DNA of 42,624 nucleotides from an uncultured Halobacteriales archaeon (GTDB taxonomy: Archaea > Halobacteriota > Halobacteria > Halobacteriales > PXRE01): positions 1-42,624 of the forward strand of contig CAYTAG010000006.1 in NCBI GenBank assembly GCA_964435625.1. The letters are read 5' to 3'. Within the stretch, counting starts at the first letter, position 1, and each line of letters starts with the position of its first letter. The notes beneath the pieces were generated by a model that saw only the letters and a program-made list of their open reading frames with translations, was not told where the DNA came from and ran no database searches. The position numbers and the translations under genes are program-made. Below, piece by piece: positions 28,647-38,600 of this stretch.

Positions 28647-30308
28647 TCACATACTTTCCGTTAATTCGATCCCGAGAAGGTCCATGTATCTCCGAAGGAC
28701 CAGTATAGTGACCGAGACGATCGACAACCGCTTCCGTTCCTCATCACTTCCGACGATTTGATACTCGCTGTAGTAGGAATTGAACGTGTTCGCTAGATCG
28801 AAAGCCTCGCCAGCGATCACGCTCGGTTTTGATTTTGAGGCTGCCTCCGATACCGTCATATCGAACCTGATCAACTTATCGAGTATTTTTTGCTCCTGCT
28901 CGTTCGGATCGGACATCGGTTCGACACGCAGGTCGCTCTCGGCGTTCTCTAACAGGGACATACAACGCGAGTGCGTGTACTGGAGATACGGACCGGATTT
29001 CCCTTCGAACGAGAGGACCTGATCCCAGTCGAACGTCGAATCTGTTTCACGAGATCCCGACAACCAGGAGAACTTGATCGCGCTAATGCCGACTCTGGTG
29101 GCTGCCTCCTCCTCGTTCTCGACCTCGCCCTCTCGCGATTCGATAATCGACTTGACGCGGTCGATTGACTCCTGAATGAGATCTTCAGCCCTGACGATTC
29201 TGCCCTCTCTGCTCGACATTTGCCCGTCCTCGAGACTCATCAGCCCGTAATTGACGTGTTCGCAACGGTCCGGGTCACAGATTCCCAGCAATTCCGCACT
29301 CTTGAATAGCTGTTTGAATCGATGCCGCTGCTCGTTTCCGACCACGTAGAGGACCTTTTCCGGATCGTACCTATCGATTCGGTGTCGAAGGGCCGCTAAA
29401 TCCCGAGTGGCGTAGTTCGTCGTGCCGTCCGACTTACGGATGATCATGTTCGTGAGACCGTACTCTTCGAGTTCGACAATTATCGCTCCCTCACTTTCCG
29501 TCGCGATGCCCTCCTCGAGCGCTTCCTGAACGATTTTCTGCCCCTCGTATACGAATTCGGATTCCCCCGAAATATTTTCGAATTCCACGCCCAAGATGTC
29601 GTATATATCATTAAATTCCTCGATGCTAATCTCACGAAACATGCTCCAGGTCTCCCTTTTCTCCTCGTCCCTGTTTTCGAGTTCCTGGAACCACTTCCGG
29701 GCCTCCTCCTCGAGCGATGGGTCGTCCTCGGCCCTCTCATGAAACTGGACGTACAACTCGTATAATGAATCGATTTTTTTCTCCCGAATGGTTTCTATAT
29801 CCCCCCATTCTTCGAACGCGACTCCGAGTTTGCCAAACTGAGTCCCCCAGTCGCCCAGGTAATTAATTCCGGCGACGTCGTATCCCAGATGTGTGTATAT
29901 CCGTTTCAGTGAGTCCCCGATTATCGTAGTCCCCAGGTGACCGATGTGCATAGGTTTGGCAACGTTAGGAGACGAGTAATCGATTACAATCGTCTCGCCA
30001 CTATCGGGATCCCCGTCCAGCTGTTCGAGGAATCTATCGACGTTTTGACCGACGTAGTCCCAGTCGAGATCGATGTTGACGTACTGACGGCTACTGCTTA
30101 CGGATTCGACCGGATCGTATCCCCTCAATCTCTCAGCTAAGATATCACTTAGTTCCGAGGCGATCGCCGTCGGATCCTCACCCAGCGTGAAACACGGAAT
30201 TGCGATGTCCGCGTAGTCGGATTCCTCCTCGAAAGATAGTTCCGAACCATCTATCCTCTCAGGTATTTCCTCCCTAACCTTTCCCTCAACGTCCGAGATG
30301 ATGGTCAT
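28647..30308 (-). CDS. argS: Arginyl-tRNA synthetase, probably a horizontally acquired paralog
   Basis: DYSSPNVAKPMHIGH, NYLGDWGTQFG, KSDGTTNYATRD, MSSREG, GPYLQYTHSR; markedly lower GC than flanks. Confidence 0.9.
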   Translation of the reverse strand: MTIISDVEGKVREEIPERIDGSELSFEEESDYADIAIPCFTLGEDPTAIASELSDILAERLRGYDPVESVSSSRQYVNIDLDWDYVGQNVDRFLEQLDGDPDSGETIVIDYSSPNVAKPMHIGHLGTTIIGDSLKRIYTHLGYDVAGINYLGDWGTQFGKLGVAFEEWGDIETIREKKIDSLYELYVQFHERAEDDPSLEEEARKWFQELENRDEEKRETWSMFREISIEEFNDIYDILGVEFENISGESEFVYEGQKIVQEALEEGIATESEGAIIVELEEYGLTNMIIRKSDGTTNYATRDLAALRHRIDRYDPEKVLYVVGNEQRHRFKQLFKSAELLGICDPDRCEHVNYGLMSLEDGQMSSREGRIVRAEDLIQESIDRVKSIIESREGEVENEEEAATRVGISAIKFSWLSGSRETDSTFDWDQVLSFEGKSGPYLQYTHSRCMSLLENAESDLRVEPMSDPNEQEQKILDKLIRFDMTVSEAASKSKPSVIAGEAFDLANTFNSYYSEYQIVGSDEERKRLSIVSVTILVLRRYMDLLGIELTESM

Positions 30309-30743
30309 CGAGTCGGACTTTAGGTCAGATACATTATTCAGTTCTTCGGTATGGGGGCGGCCAATTAGCAGTTCGGAGAGGCCATGACACTACCGTCCAT
30401 AATCCACCATCCCTTTCGCTTGAAGCGCTTCGTCCCGTACGTTTCTCGGGTGGCGCCGGCAACCTACTTCGTCCTCGGAATTCGAACGAACCGGTTGCGA
30501 AACAGCGGAGGGTGGGACAACCGGGCAAACTCGATCCGTTCAACGACACCGGGCTGCTGGCTCAACCAACCGTCGGTTGATGACTGACGGGAGGGCAGGA
30601 TAGCAGAGAACGTATCTCTCCAAAAAGGGACCGTCGGTCACCGGCCCCGTCGAGTGGCCACCATCACGTTCCTAACTGAATGAAAACGATACTTTACGAG
30701 ACTCCCTGACCAGACGGAGTTTAAACGAGGTTCGACGGAATTT

Positions 30744-30903
30744 GAGGTTGAGGCGGATTTGAACCTGAGCCAGACGGTCCGGGCGTGCGGCCCCACGTCC
30801 GTTCGGCCGTTCCGGGCTGCGACTGGCAGGGTTCAAATCGCCCAACGCTACGATTTGCTCCTCACGTCCGTTCGTCGTAAAATCGTAGTGGGTTGGGGCG
30901 GAG
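30744..30903. repeat. Degenerate tRNA-Val-like 3'-end (att) copies within stem-loops
   Basis: Minus strand reads GTTCAAATCCGCCTCAACC and TCCGCCCCAACCCA, plus an inverted GTTCAAATCGCCCAAC; directly before an integrase. Confidence 0.55.
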
Positions 30904-30980
30904 ACAGGTCGTGATGCGTACGACCCCTTCGCCGCGGTGGGCGGGCGGTGTGGGCCGTCTCGCGGGGTTCCGTGAGACCC

Positions 30981-31976
30981 ATGCCGACGGACCGAGACGA
31001 ACTGGAACCCATCGATCCGCGCACCGCGCAGCAACTGTACCTCGACCACAAGGCCACCGAGTGCACCGAGTCGACGGTCAGGAATCACAAGTACCACACC
31101 AACTACCTCGTCGAGTGGTGCGAGGCGAACGGCGTCGACAACCTGAACGACCTGACTGGTCGGGACCTCCAGCAGATCCGGCTGTGGCGCAAGGAGGTCG
31201 GCGACATCAACCTCCTGACGTTGAACAATCACATGAGCACGTTGCGGGTGTTCCTGAAGTGGGCCGCGTCCATCGAGGCCGTCCCGGAGAACCTCTACGA
31301 CAAGGTGATGGTGCCGCGCGTGTCGCCGGAGGACGAACAGGCCGACGAGACGCTGGATAGCGAGAGCGCGCAGGCGATTCTGGATCACCTGTCGACGTTT
31401 CATTACGCGTCGCTGGAGCACGTCCTACTGGCGTTGCTCTGGGAGACGGGGATGCGGATCGGCGCGGCCCGGTCGCTGGACGTCGGCGACGTGGACGTCG
31501 ACGGGGAGCGCGTCGAACTCGTTCACCGGCCCAGCGAGGGGACGACGCTGAAGAACGGCAGTGGTGGCGAGCGGCCAATTGCGATCAGTCCAGACCTGGC
31601 GGGCGTGCTGGACGATTACGTCGGGAGTGTACGCCACGACGTGACCGACGAGTACGGGCGCGAGCCGCTGTTCACGTCCGAGCAGGGGCGGCTGAGTCGG
31701 AGTACGTTGCGTCGAGTGGTGTACAAAGTGACGGCCCCCTGTTTTCGGAACGAGCCTTGCGCCGAGTGTGCTGACGGCGAGTCGAAGTGCGGTGAGGCGG
31801 TGAGTCCTCACGCGATCCGGCGAGGAAGTATTACGCACTACCTGGCGAACGACGTGCCCGTGGAGATCGTGAGTGATCGGATGAACGTGAGTCGGAAGGT
31901 GCTGGACGAGCACTACGATCAGCGGTCGGAGGAGGTGAAACTGGAGCAGCGGCGGGGGTATCTCGAAGAGGTGTAG
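30981..31976 (+). CDS. Tyrosine recombinase/integrase (haloarchaeal SNJ2-like)
   Basis: GMRIG, LKNG, PHAIRR, HYD catalytic residues. Confidence 0.92.
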   Translation: MPTDRDELEPIDPRTAQQLYLDHKATECTESTVRNHKYHTNYLVEWCEANGVDNLNDLTGRDLQQIRLWRKEVGDINLLTLNNHMSTLRVFLKWAASIEAVPENLYDKVMVPRVSPEDEQADETLDSESAQAILDHLSTFHYASLEHVLLALLWETGMRIGAARSLDVGDVDVDGERVELVHRPSEGTTLKNGSGGERPIAISPDLAGVLDDYVGSVRHDVTDEYGREPLFTSEQGRLSRSTLRRVVYKVTAPCFRNEPCAECADGESKCGEAVSPHAIRRGSITHYLANDVPVEIVSDRMNVSRKVLDEHYDQRSEEVKLEQRRGYLEEV

Positions 31977-32053
31977 AGTAGATCAAACGCCCCCGTTGAA
32001 ACCCTCAGATGGGGACAGCCCCCAGCAGTTGCATAGAGTGACGAATACAGGGG

Positions 32054-32812
32054 TCACTCCCACCACGTCTTCCCGCCGGGGTGAGCGTAGAGAATATCTG
32101 TCGACCCCTCCTCGGCCTCGGTTGTGAACCACTCGTCCACAGTCCACCCTAATTTTCGGTTCTTTCGCTTCGTTGCGCCCTCTCCATCTAGTAACTCGGG
32201 TTGGAAGAGGTAATTGTAGTGAGAGAAGACAATCAAGTACGTGTCAGTCGTCGGTAGTTGGTTGAGTCGTCTCAGGTCGGTTTCGAGTTTACGGTTCTGC
32301 GTATCGAGTTTCTCAATCGCTTCCGTACTCCGCATCTCCGATTCGGTGGCCTTCCGCAACGTGTCGGTATCGAAGTCCGACGAGATGACGTTCTGGTTCG
32401 TGACGAACTTCAACTCGAACGCCGCAGAAACGTCTCTCTCGTCGTATCGCTTCGATCCTCCATTCCACCTGACGGGAAAGCTAAGTTCCTGATCAAAAAC
32501 CACCACGTCTATTTGTTCGTTCGGGGTGTCCGGAGTAGTAAGGTTGACCTCTGGATGGACCCGAGAGATCCGTCCACCCTGGTCTGGGCGCCGGTCAACT
32601 ATTTCGTCTATGTATGGTCGTTTGTACTGTGCATAGTTTCCATCGTCCGTCAGCGGCGGTGTGGGACAGGTGGTAAATAGTTCTCCGTTAGAATTGAGTT
32701 CCTGATGCAAACGTTCAACGAGATAGCATTGCATATCTGCTTCCATCGTCACGTCCATCGGACGTTTGATGAACATGTTTCCGAGCGAGTCAGCAGCACC
32801 TCGATAATCCAT
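32054..32812 (-). CDS. Hypothetical protein, putative PD-(D/E)XK nuclease
   Basis: EADMQ...HPEV...IDVVVF...FELKF; low GC. Confidence 0.55.
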   Translation of the reverse strand: MDYRGAADSLGNMFIKRPMDVTMEADMQCYLVERLHQELNSNGELFTTCPTPPLTDDGNYAQYKRPYIDEIVDRRPDQGGRISRVHPEVNLTTPDTPNEQIDVVVFDQELSFPVRWNGGSKRYDERDVSAAFELKFVTNQNVISSDFDTDTLRKATESEMRSTEAIEKLDTQNRKLETDLRRLNQLPTTDTYLIVFSHYNYLFQPELLDGEGATKRKNRKLGWTVDEWFTTEAEEGSTDILYAHPGGKTWWE

Positions 32813-32988
32813 AGTCGAAGTAATGTGAGTGGTCACAAAACAATAGTGCCCTCTTCTGAGTGGCACTGCCGGAAACACCCTCCGTATTCAGCACTCTGTC
32901 ATTGGCGGTATTGGGCTTCATGATTGTCATGTTATCTTTTCTCATCCTGATGATCAGTATATATTGACTAGGGATTCGACAAATTCAT

Positions 32989-34044
32989 TCAGAGAGACGA
33001 GTATTCGTCAAGACATTTCTCCAATTCGTCTCGCCGCCGCTCTGCCTTCCGCTCCTTGGACCGCTGATCGTAATGCCGCTTCAGCACAGGTACGGAAACG
33101 TCGACCCGACCGCTCAACAGCTCCACCGGCACGCCTTTGTCCAACTGCCGCATGATGGCCCACTTCCGGAGCGGATGCGGACTGAACGACGACGGACATT
33201 CACTTGCGTTCGTACTTTCCGCCGCCGAACACGACGAGATCTCCCGTCCGTGCGGACACTCATCCGCAGACGTACACGGCCGCGTCATCTTGTAGAAGTC
33301 CCGCCGGATCGTCGGCAAAGACACCCGGCCTGATCCCGTCGTCAGCAATGACTCCCGACCGAACGTGTCGATGACCGATTCACGAGGTCCGTCTACGTAA
33401 TCACTGAGTAGTTCCTGAAGATCGTCCGAGACATTGACGATACGCTCACTGTCGCGCCCGTTCTTCAACGGCGTCCCGTACTCGTCCGTCCTTTCAGGCC
33501 GATGCCGCAAGTGCACCTGCGCGGCGTCGAAATCTACGTCCTCCAGATCGATAGCGCGAATAGCGCCCATCCGCAGACCGATCTCGGCAATTAGTTCGAA
33601 TTCGAGGTGGTGCCGGGCCGCGTACTCGAACTTCCCGTGGTAGGTTCGGACGGCCGCAACGGCCTCGTCGTCGGGCACCTCGTCACACACCTCCTCGTCC
33701 GGCGCCACGTTTGGGAACGGAATCTTCTCACTGAGGTCGGGCTCGACCGCGTCGATGGCCTCGCAGAACTCCAGGAACGGCCCGAGGACGCCGAGCGCGC
33801 CGTTGAGACTGACCGTGTTCACGCCAGTCTCCTCTTTCCGCCAGTTCTTGAACCGCAGCAGGTCCCGGCCACCGAGGTCGTTCAGGTTCTCGATGCCGGC
33901 CTGGTCGGTCCAGTCGACGAAGATGCCCAGCGCCGAGGCGTGCTTGCGCCGGGTCGCCACCCGCGTGTCGTCCTGGCGGTGCTCCAGGTACAGCCGGCGG
34001 GCCTCCGCGGGCGACAGCGGCTCCAGGCTCACGTCCTCGCGCAC
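32989..34044 (-). CDS. Second tyrosine recombinase/integrase
   Basis: GLRMG, LKNG, PHPLRK, HYD; the GTG start at 34044 is approximate. Confidence 0.9.
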   Translation of the reverse strand: MREDVSLEPLSPAEARRLYLEHRQDDTRVATRRKHASALGIFVDWTDQAGIENLNDLGGRDLLRFKNWRKEETGVNTVSLNGALGVLGPFLEFCEAIDAVEPDLSEKIPFPNVAPDEEVCDEVPDDEAVAAVRTYHGKFEYAARHHLEFELIAEIGLRMGAIRAIDLEDVDFDAAQVHLRHRPERTDEYGTPLKNGRDSERIVNVSDDLQELLSDYVDGPRESVIDTFGRESLLTTGSGRVSLPTIRRDFYKMTRPCTSADECPHGREISSCSAAESTNASECPSSFSPHPLRKWAIMRQLDKGVPVELLSGRVDVSVPVLKRHYDQRSKERKAERRRDELEKCLDEYSSL

Positions 34045-34106
34045 CTCGGTGGTCCCTGTTGCGGCCCGTAACCTCTTAGTGGATACGTGGTAACCAGGAA
34101 GCAACT

Positions 34107-34829
34107 ATGCCCGCCGACCCCGCATTGCTCACCCCGAGCCAGCGCGCGTTCCTGCGCGGCGAGAAGGAGTACGAACACGAGCAATCCGAGAAAGACATGC
34201 GCTACAAGATCCGCCAGCGCGTGCGGAACGGCCTGTTCGATCTCGCCCTTCTGTGGCAGCACATGGACGCCCGCGACCGCCGACAGCTGTTCAAGGACGT
34301 CCGCGCGGGCCAGCTCCGCGACGACGATGCAACGTTCGAGGACGAGGTGTACCGCGAGGACGAATCCACGGCGCTGGTGTACGCGGTGGCGTTTCTGTAC
34401 CAGGTCGCCGCGGACGTCGACTTCGACTTCGAGAAAGTTCTCGAGTTAGCCGCCGTCGCCCGCCAGGGCGAAAATCCGGACAACCCGTTCGCCGCCCGCA
34501 GCGTCGACGTGACTATCGACGAACGGCTGGTGTACGACTACGACCGCATCCGCCGGAAAGTCGAACAGGAGCAATCGCTCTCCGAGCCCGAGTACCTGGC
34601 GATGACGCGCCTGTTTCTCAGCGATCTCGAACGGTTCACGTCCGTCTGCCGGAAAACGGACCTCGACGTCCAGGCCAAACTCGACGCTGGTGAGCAATTG
34701 ACGAAGGGAGAGGCAGTGGTCGCCTTCGGCAAGGCGATCTCGTCCCCGACCAGTTACGACCGGGACGACCTCCGGGATCACATCCCCGATCGCGTCGCGT
34801 CGGCTCTCGGGTTCAACCTGGGCCGGTAG
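34107..34829 (+). CDS. Hypothetical protein, possible element-encoded regulator
   Basis: LLTPSQRAFLRG...RYKIRQRVRNGLFDLALL; divergent from the integrase. Confidence 0.65.
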   Translation: MPADPALLTPSQRAFLRGEKEYEHEQSEKDMRYKIRQRVRNGLFDLALLWQHMDARDRRQLFKDVRAGQLRDDDATFEDEVYREDESTALVYAVAFLYQVAADVDFDFEKVLELAAVARQGENPDNPFAARSVDVTIDERLVYDYDRIRRKVEQEQSLSEPEYLAMTRLFLSDLERFTSVCRKTDLDVQAKLDAGEQLTKGEAVVAFGKAISSPTSYDRDDLRDHIPDRVASALGFNLGR

Positions 34830-35036
34830 TTCGATCCCCCTATTGGCTCCGTCGGTTGCTGATTCCGCCACGTTTTCCGGGCGAGTATCCCGGTAGGACG
34901 TTCTATCGGGGCGTGATCATCCATTCCAGTCGAGGCGGCGGCCATGGCAGAAGCAATCGAAACCGGTCGCACTGACCCGGGATACCCAATGGTCGACTAT
35001 CCCTGGCCGCCGGCCACCCTGTCGGTCACCGGAGTT

Positions 35037-35104
35037 GGCCCCTACTCGACCCCTACTTGGCCCCCTACTAAAGGGCCTACTCCACCCCTACTACCCCCCT
35101 TAGT
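35037..35104. repeat. Phased CCTACT direct repeats
   Basis: CCTACT at 35041, 35052, 35064, 35076 and 35087 (spacing 11-12 bp). Confidence 0.75.
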
Positions 35105-35605
35105 CGACCCAAGTTAGGCCAAGTGGCCAGCAGGGGTAGCGCCGGGGAGCAATGCACCCCCGGGGCTGCCTGGGTGCAACCGGAGTTACGAGTAGGTGGC
35201 TTGGAGTAAGCCAAGGGTGACGATTCAAGATTCGTTGCCGCTCACCAACCCCGGACCCGGGGGTTTGTCGGAGGTTGGCCAACCCCTAGATCAGGGGTTG
35301 GTATCCCGGTTGGTGGTGGTTGGTTTGTCAAAGGGGCAGCGCAAGGGAGCAGTGCTGCTCCGGGCATCAGGGGTAAATCCAGTTCCGGGGGTAACCAAAA
35401 GGAACCAACAGTTGTGGTATCCTGACTTCGACCAATTCAGTGCTGCACGGATCTAGGAAGAATAGCTTAGACCGTAACCGGGATCGTACGTTTTGCTAAT
35501 AAACAGCAGAGAGGCCTACGGCCAAACCTTCATGCAGTCCAGAAGGTGTTACAGGAGCACAGAATTCCACAAATATTAATAGAAATAAACATTGCATCAT
35601 AGCCA

Positions 35606-38600
35606 ATGGACCAACGGGTTTCGGGGGCCGTCGCGGTCGCCATGGCGGTGCTGGTGGTGACGGGGACAATCGGCCCAGCACTGGCCGCGGGTGGTTTCGG
35701 TGAGCAACGGCAGTCGAATGTCGTCGATCCGTCGGTCGTCTTCAGCGACGACGGGGCGGCGCTCGATCACCGGCTCCACGCCTACCGGATTCTCGATCAA
35801 GCAGACGCACAGCGCCACCTCGACGCGCTGAACGCGACGTTCGAGCACGTCGTCGACGAAAATCGCGTGAACGCGAGCCAGGTGTTTGCCACGGACAAGC
35901 GCATCGTCGCCCAGACACAGGCGCACCGCCCGGACGTCGGCGAACAACTGGTCGCCTCCGACCGCGTACTGGCCGAGACCGTAGTCGCCGACGCCCAGCG
36001 CGTCCGCGAGGGGATGGATCGCCGGAACCTCTCCTACGACGAAGCAGCCGTCAACGAAAGGCTGGCGAACGCCAGTGCGGCGCTCCAGCAGGGCCACAAC
36101 CACGTCGCGGGTAACGCCTCGCTCGTGGCGGCCGTCGAGTCGTACCACCGCGCCTGGCGGCACGCCCAGCGCGCGATGGATCTGATGCAGGCCGCGGTCG
36201 AGCCCCAGGTCGAGATCACCCGGCGGACGGACCCACCGCACAACGGGACCATCGAGTACACCGTGAAGGGCGTCGTCTGGGACGTCCGCTCGCACCGGAT
36301 GGCCGGAACGCTGACGCTCAACGGCGAACAGCGGAGCCTCGCGCTCGATACGTCCACGGTCCCCGGCGAGAACGTGACGTTCTCGACGACCGTCACACTG
36401 GAGGAGAAACGCAACTGGATCAACGTCTCGGTCTCGAATCCGCTGGAGTACGTCGATTACAGTCGGCGACCAGCGACGCCCGGCGGGCCAGGGAACGGCC
36501 AGCAGGGCAATGGTCCGCAGGGCCCCTCGAACGGGAACGAGACGGGACCGCCGGACGACCGGCCAGGAGGGCCACCTGACGACAGAGGAGCAGGGCCGCC
36601 AGATGGCAAAGGCGGAGGCCCGCCGGATGACAAGGGAGGGGGACCGCCAGATGAGAGGGGAGAAGGCCCACCTGATGACAAAGGAGAAGGCCCGCCCGAC
36701 GATGCGGGCAACGGTCCCTCGGACGATCAGAGCCAGAATTCGTCGAAGGGAAGCGGGCAAGGACCACCGGACGAGCCCGGAAACGATGACCCTGCGAATG
36801 ACGGGGGAGACGGCTCCAGTGGCGAGGCAGGGCAAGGAAACGCAAGTGAGGGACAGCGTGGCGAGGGCAACCAAGGTACCGGGGCCGATGAGGAGACCGG
36901 CAACGGGGAGGGACCAGGAAAAGGATCGGACGCCGGGAGTGGCTCCGCCAACGACTCCAGCGGGGCCGAGACGAACGGCAATAACGAAAGCGATGGTGGG
37001 GAAAACAATGCCGGACCCAGTAACGGGTCGTCGAACAGCTCTGGCGGCCCAGGGAACGGCCAGGGGAATGCCAACGCGCTCGCCAACGACCCCGGGAGCT
37101 GGTCTTCGACGAGTCCCAGGGCAGGCCACGGGTTCGGTGGCGTGGACACGATGGCCTACGGGGCCATGCTGGCTCCGCCCGAATCCGATGCGGTGCAAGT
37201 CGGTTTCGACGTCCTGAAGCTAGACGCCGACGGCCTCCCGGACCGCTACGAGGAGACCGTCGTCGGGACGGATCCGCTCGATACCGATAGCGACTCGCGG
37301 CTTACCGCCCGCAACGAGTCCGACGTCGGAACTATCGACGGGGCGAAGGACTTCGACGTGGACGGGCTGGCGACCTACCAGGAGTACCGGATCGGGACGG
37401 ATCCGCTGTCGAACGACACGACCGGCGACGGTCTCGAAGACGGCTTCCAGGTGCTGGTCGTCGGAACGGATCCGCTCGTCAACGACACCGACGGCGACGG
37501 GGTGGCGGACGCCCAAGAGGATCCCGACGGTGACGGGTTGACGCTGCTCGAAGAGCAGGAACACGGGACCCATCCGCGACTAAACGATACCGACGGCGAC
37601 GGCCTGACCGACGGGGAGGAAGTCCACGAGTACGACACCGATCCGCTAGACCCGGACAGCGACGGCGACGGATTGCTCGACGGCGAGGAAATCCGTCTGG
37701 ACCAGGACCCGCTGGCTGCCGACTCGGACGGCGACGGCGTCCCGGACGGCAACGAGACGTACACCACGACGGTGACAAACGACTCCAGTGAGGTCACCGT
37801 GACGGCGACCGGCGAAGGCGTCGTCGCCGACGGCCTTCACGTCCGGCACACGCCGACGGACTACGGGGGCAACGTCACGGCCGGGCCGATGGTGCGGATC
37901 ACCAACGACACGGCCGTCGAGGGAGCCACGGTGACGATGCCCATCGACGAGGGTGTGGACCTATCGGCGACGAACGTGACGATCTACACCTGGGACCCCG
38001 ACGACGAAGGGTGGGTCCCCCTGGAGACGACGGTCGACGCCGGGAACCGCACGGCGAGCGCGACCGTCTCGTCGTTCTCGTACTTCGCGGTGATGGACGA
38101 AGGGGCGAGGACGAAGGCCACCAGCCAATATGCCCAACCGGGGTGGCCGGCCCTGGAGACGTTCGACGACCTCGCCGACTGGACGGCAAGTGGCAACGGG
38201 ACCGTCTCGCTCGACGACGAGGTGGTGACCGTCCAGAGCCAGGAGGGGACCTCCGGCGACGGCGGTGGTGGCAACGACGGGAGTGGCGGTGACGACGGCG
38301 GTTCCGGGGGTAGCGGCGGCGGGGATTACGAACCGTACGACGAGAACTGGGAACTCCCGGGCACCGGCCCGGGTGGCAACGACGGCGACGACGGTGATGG
38401 TGGCGATGGTAGCGACGACGACGGGGACAGCGGCGACGGTGGTGGCAGCGAAGACGGGAGCGGTAGCGGTGGGAACGACGGAAGCGGCGACGACGGAAGC
38501 GGCGGCGGGGACAGTGGAGGGGACGGCGGGAGCGACGATGGATCGGGGGACGGCGACGGAACGAGCGGTCCCACGAACGCGTCCATCTCTCGGACGGTTT

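Noticed and set aside
30744-30903. Intact or intron-containing tRNA gene
   Set aside because: Only T-arm/acceptor 3'-like pieces are present; no D or anticodon arm could be folded.
30981-34829. Complete provirus
   Set aside because: No capsid, spike, packaging ATPase or replication genes are recognisable.
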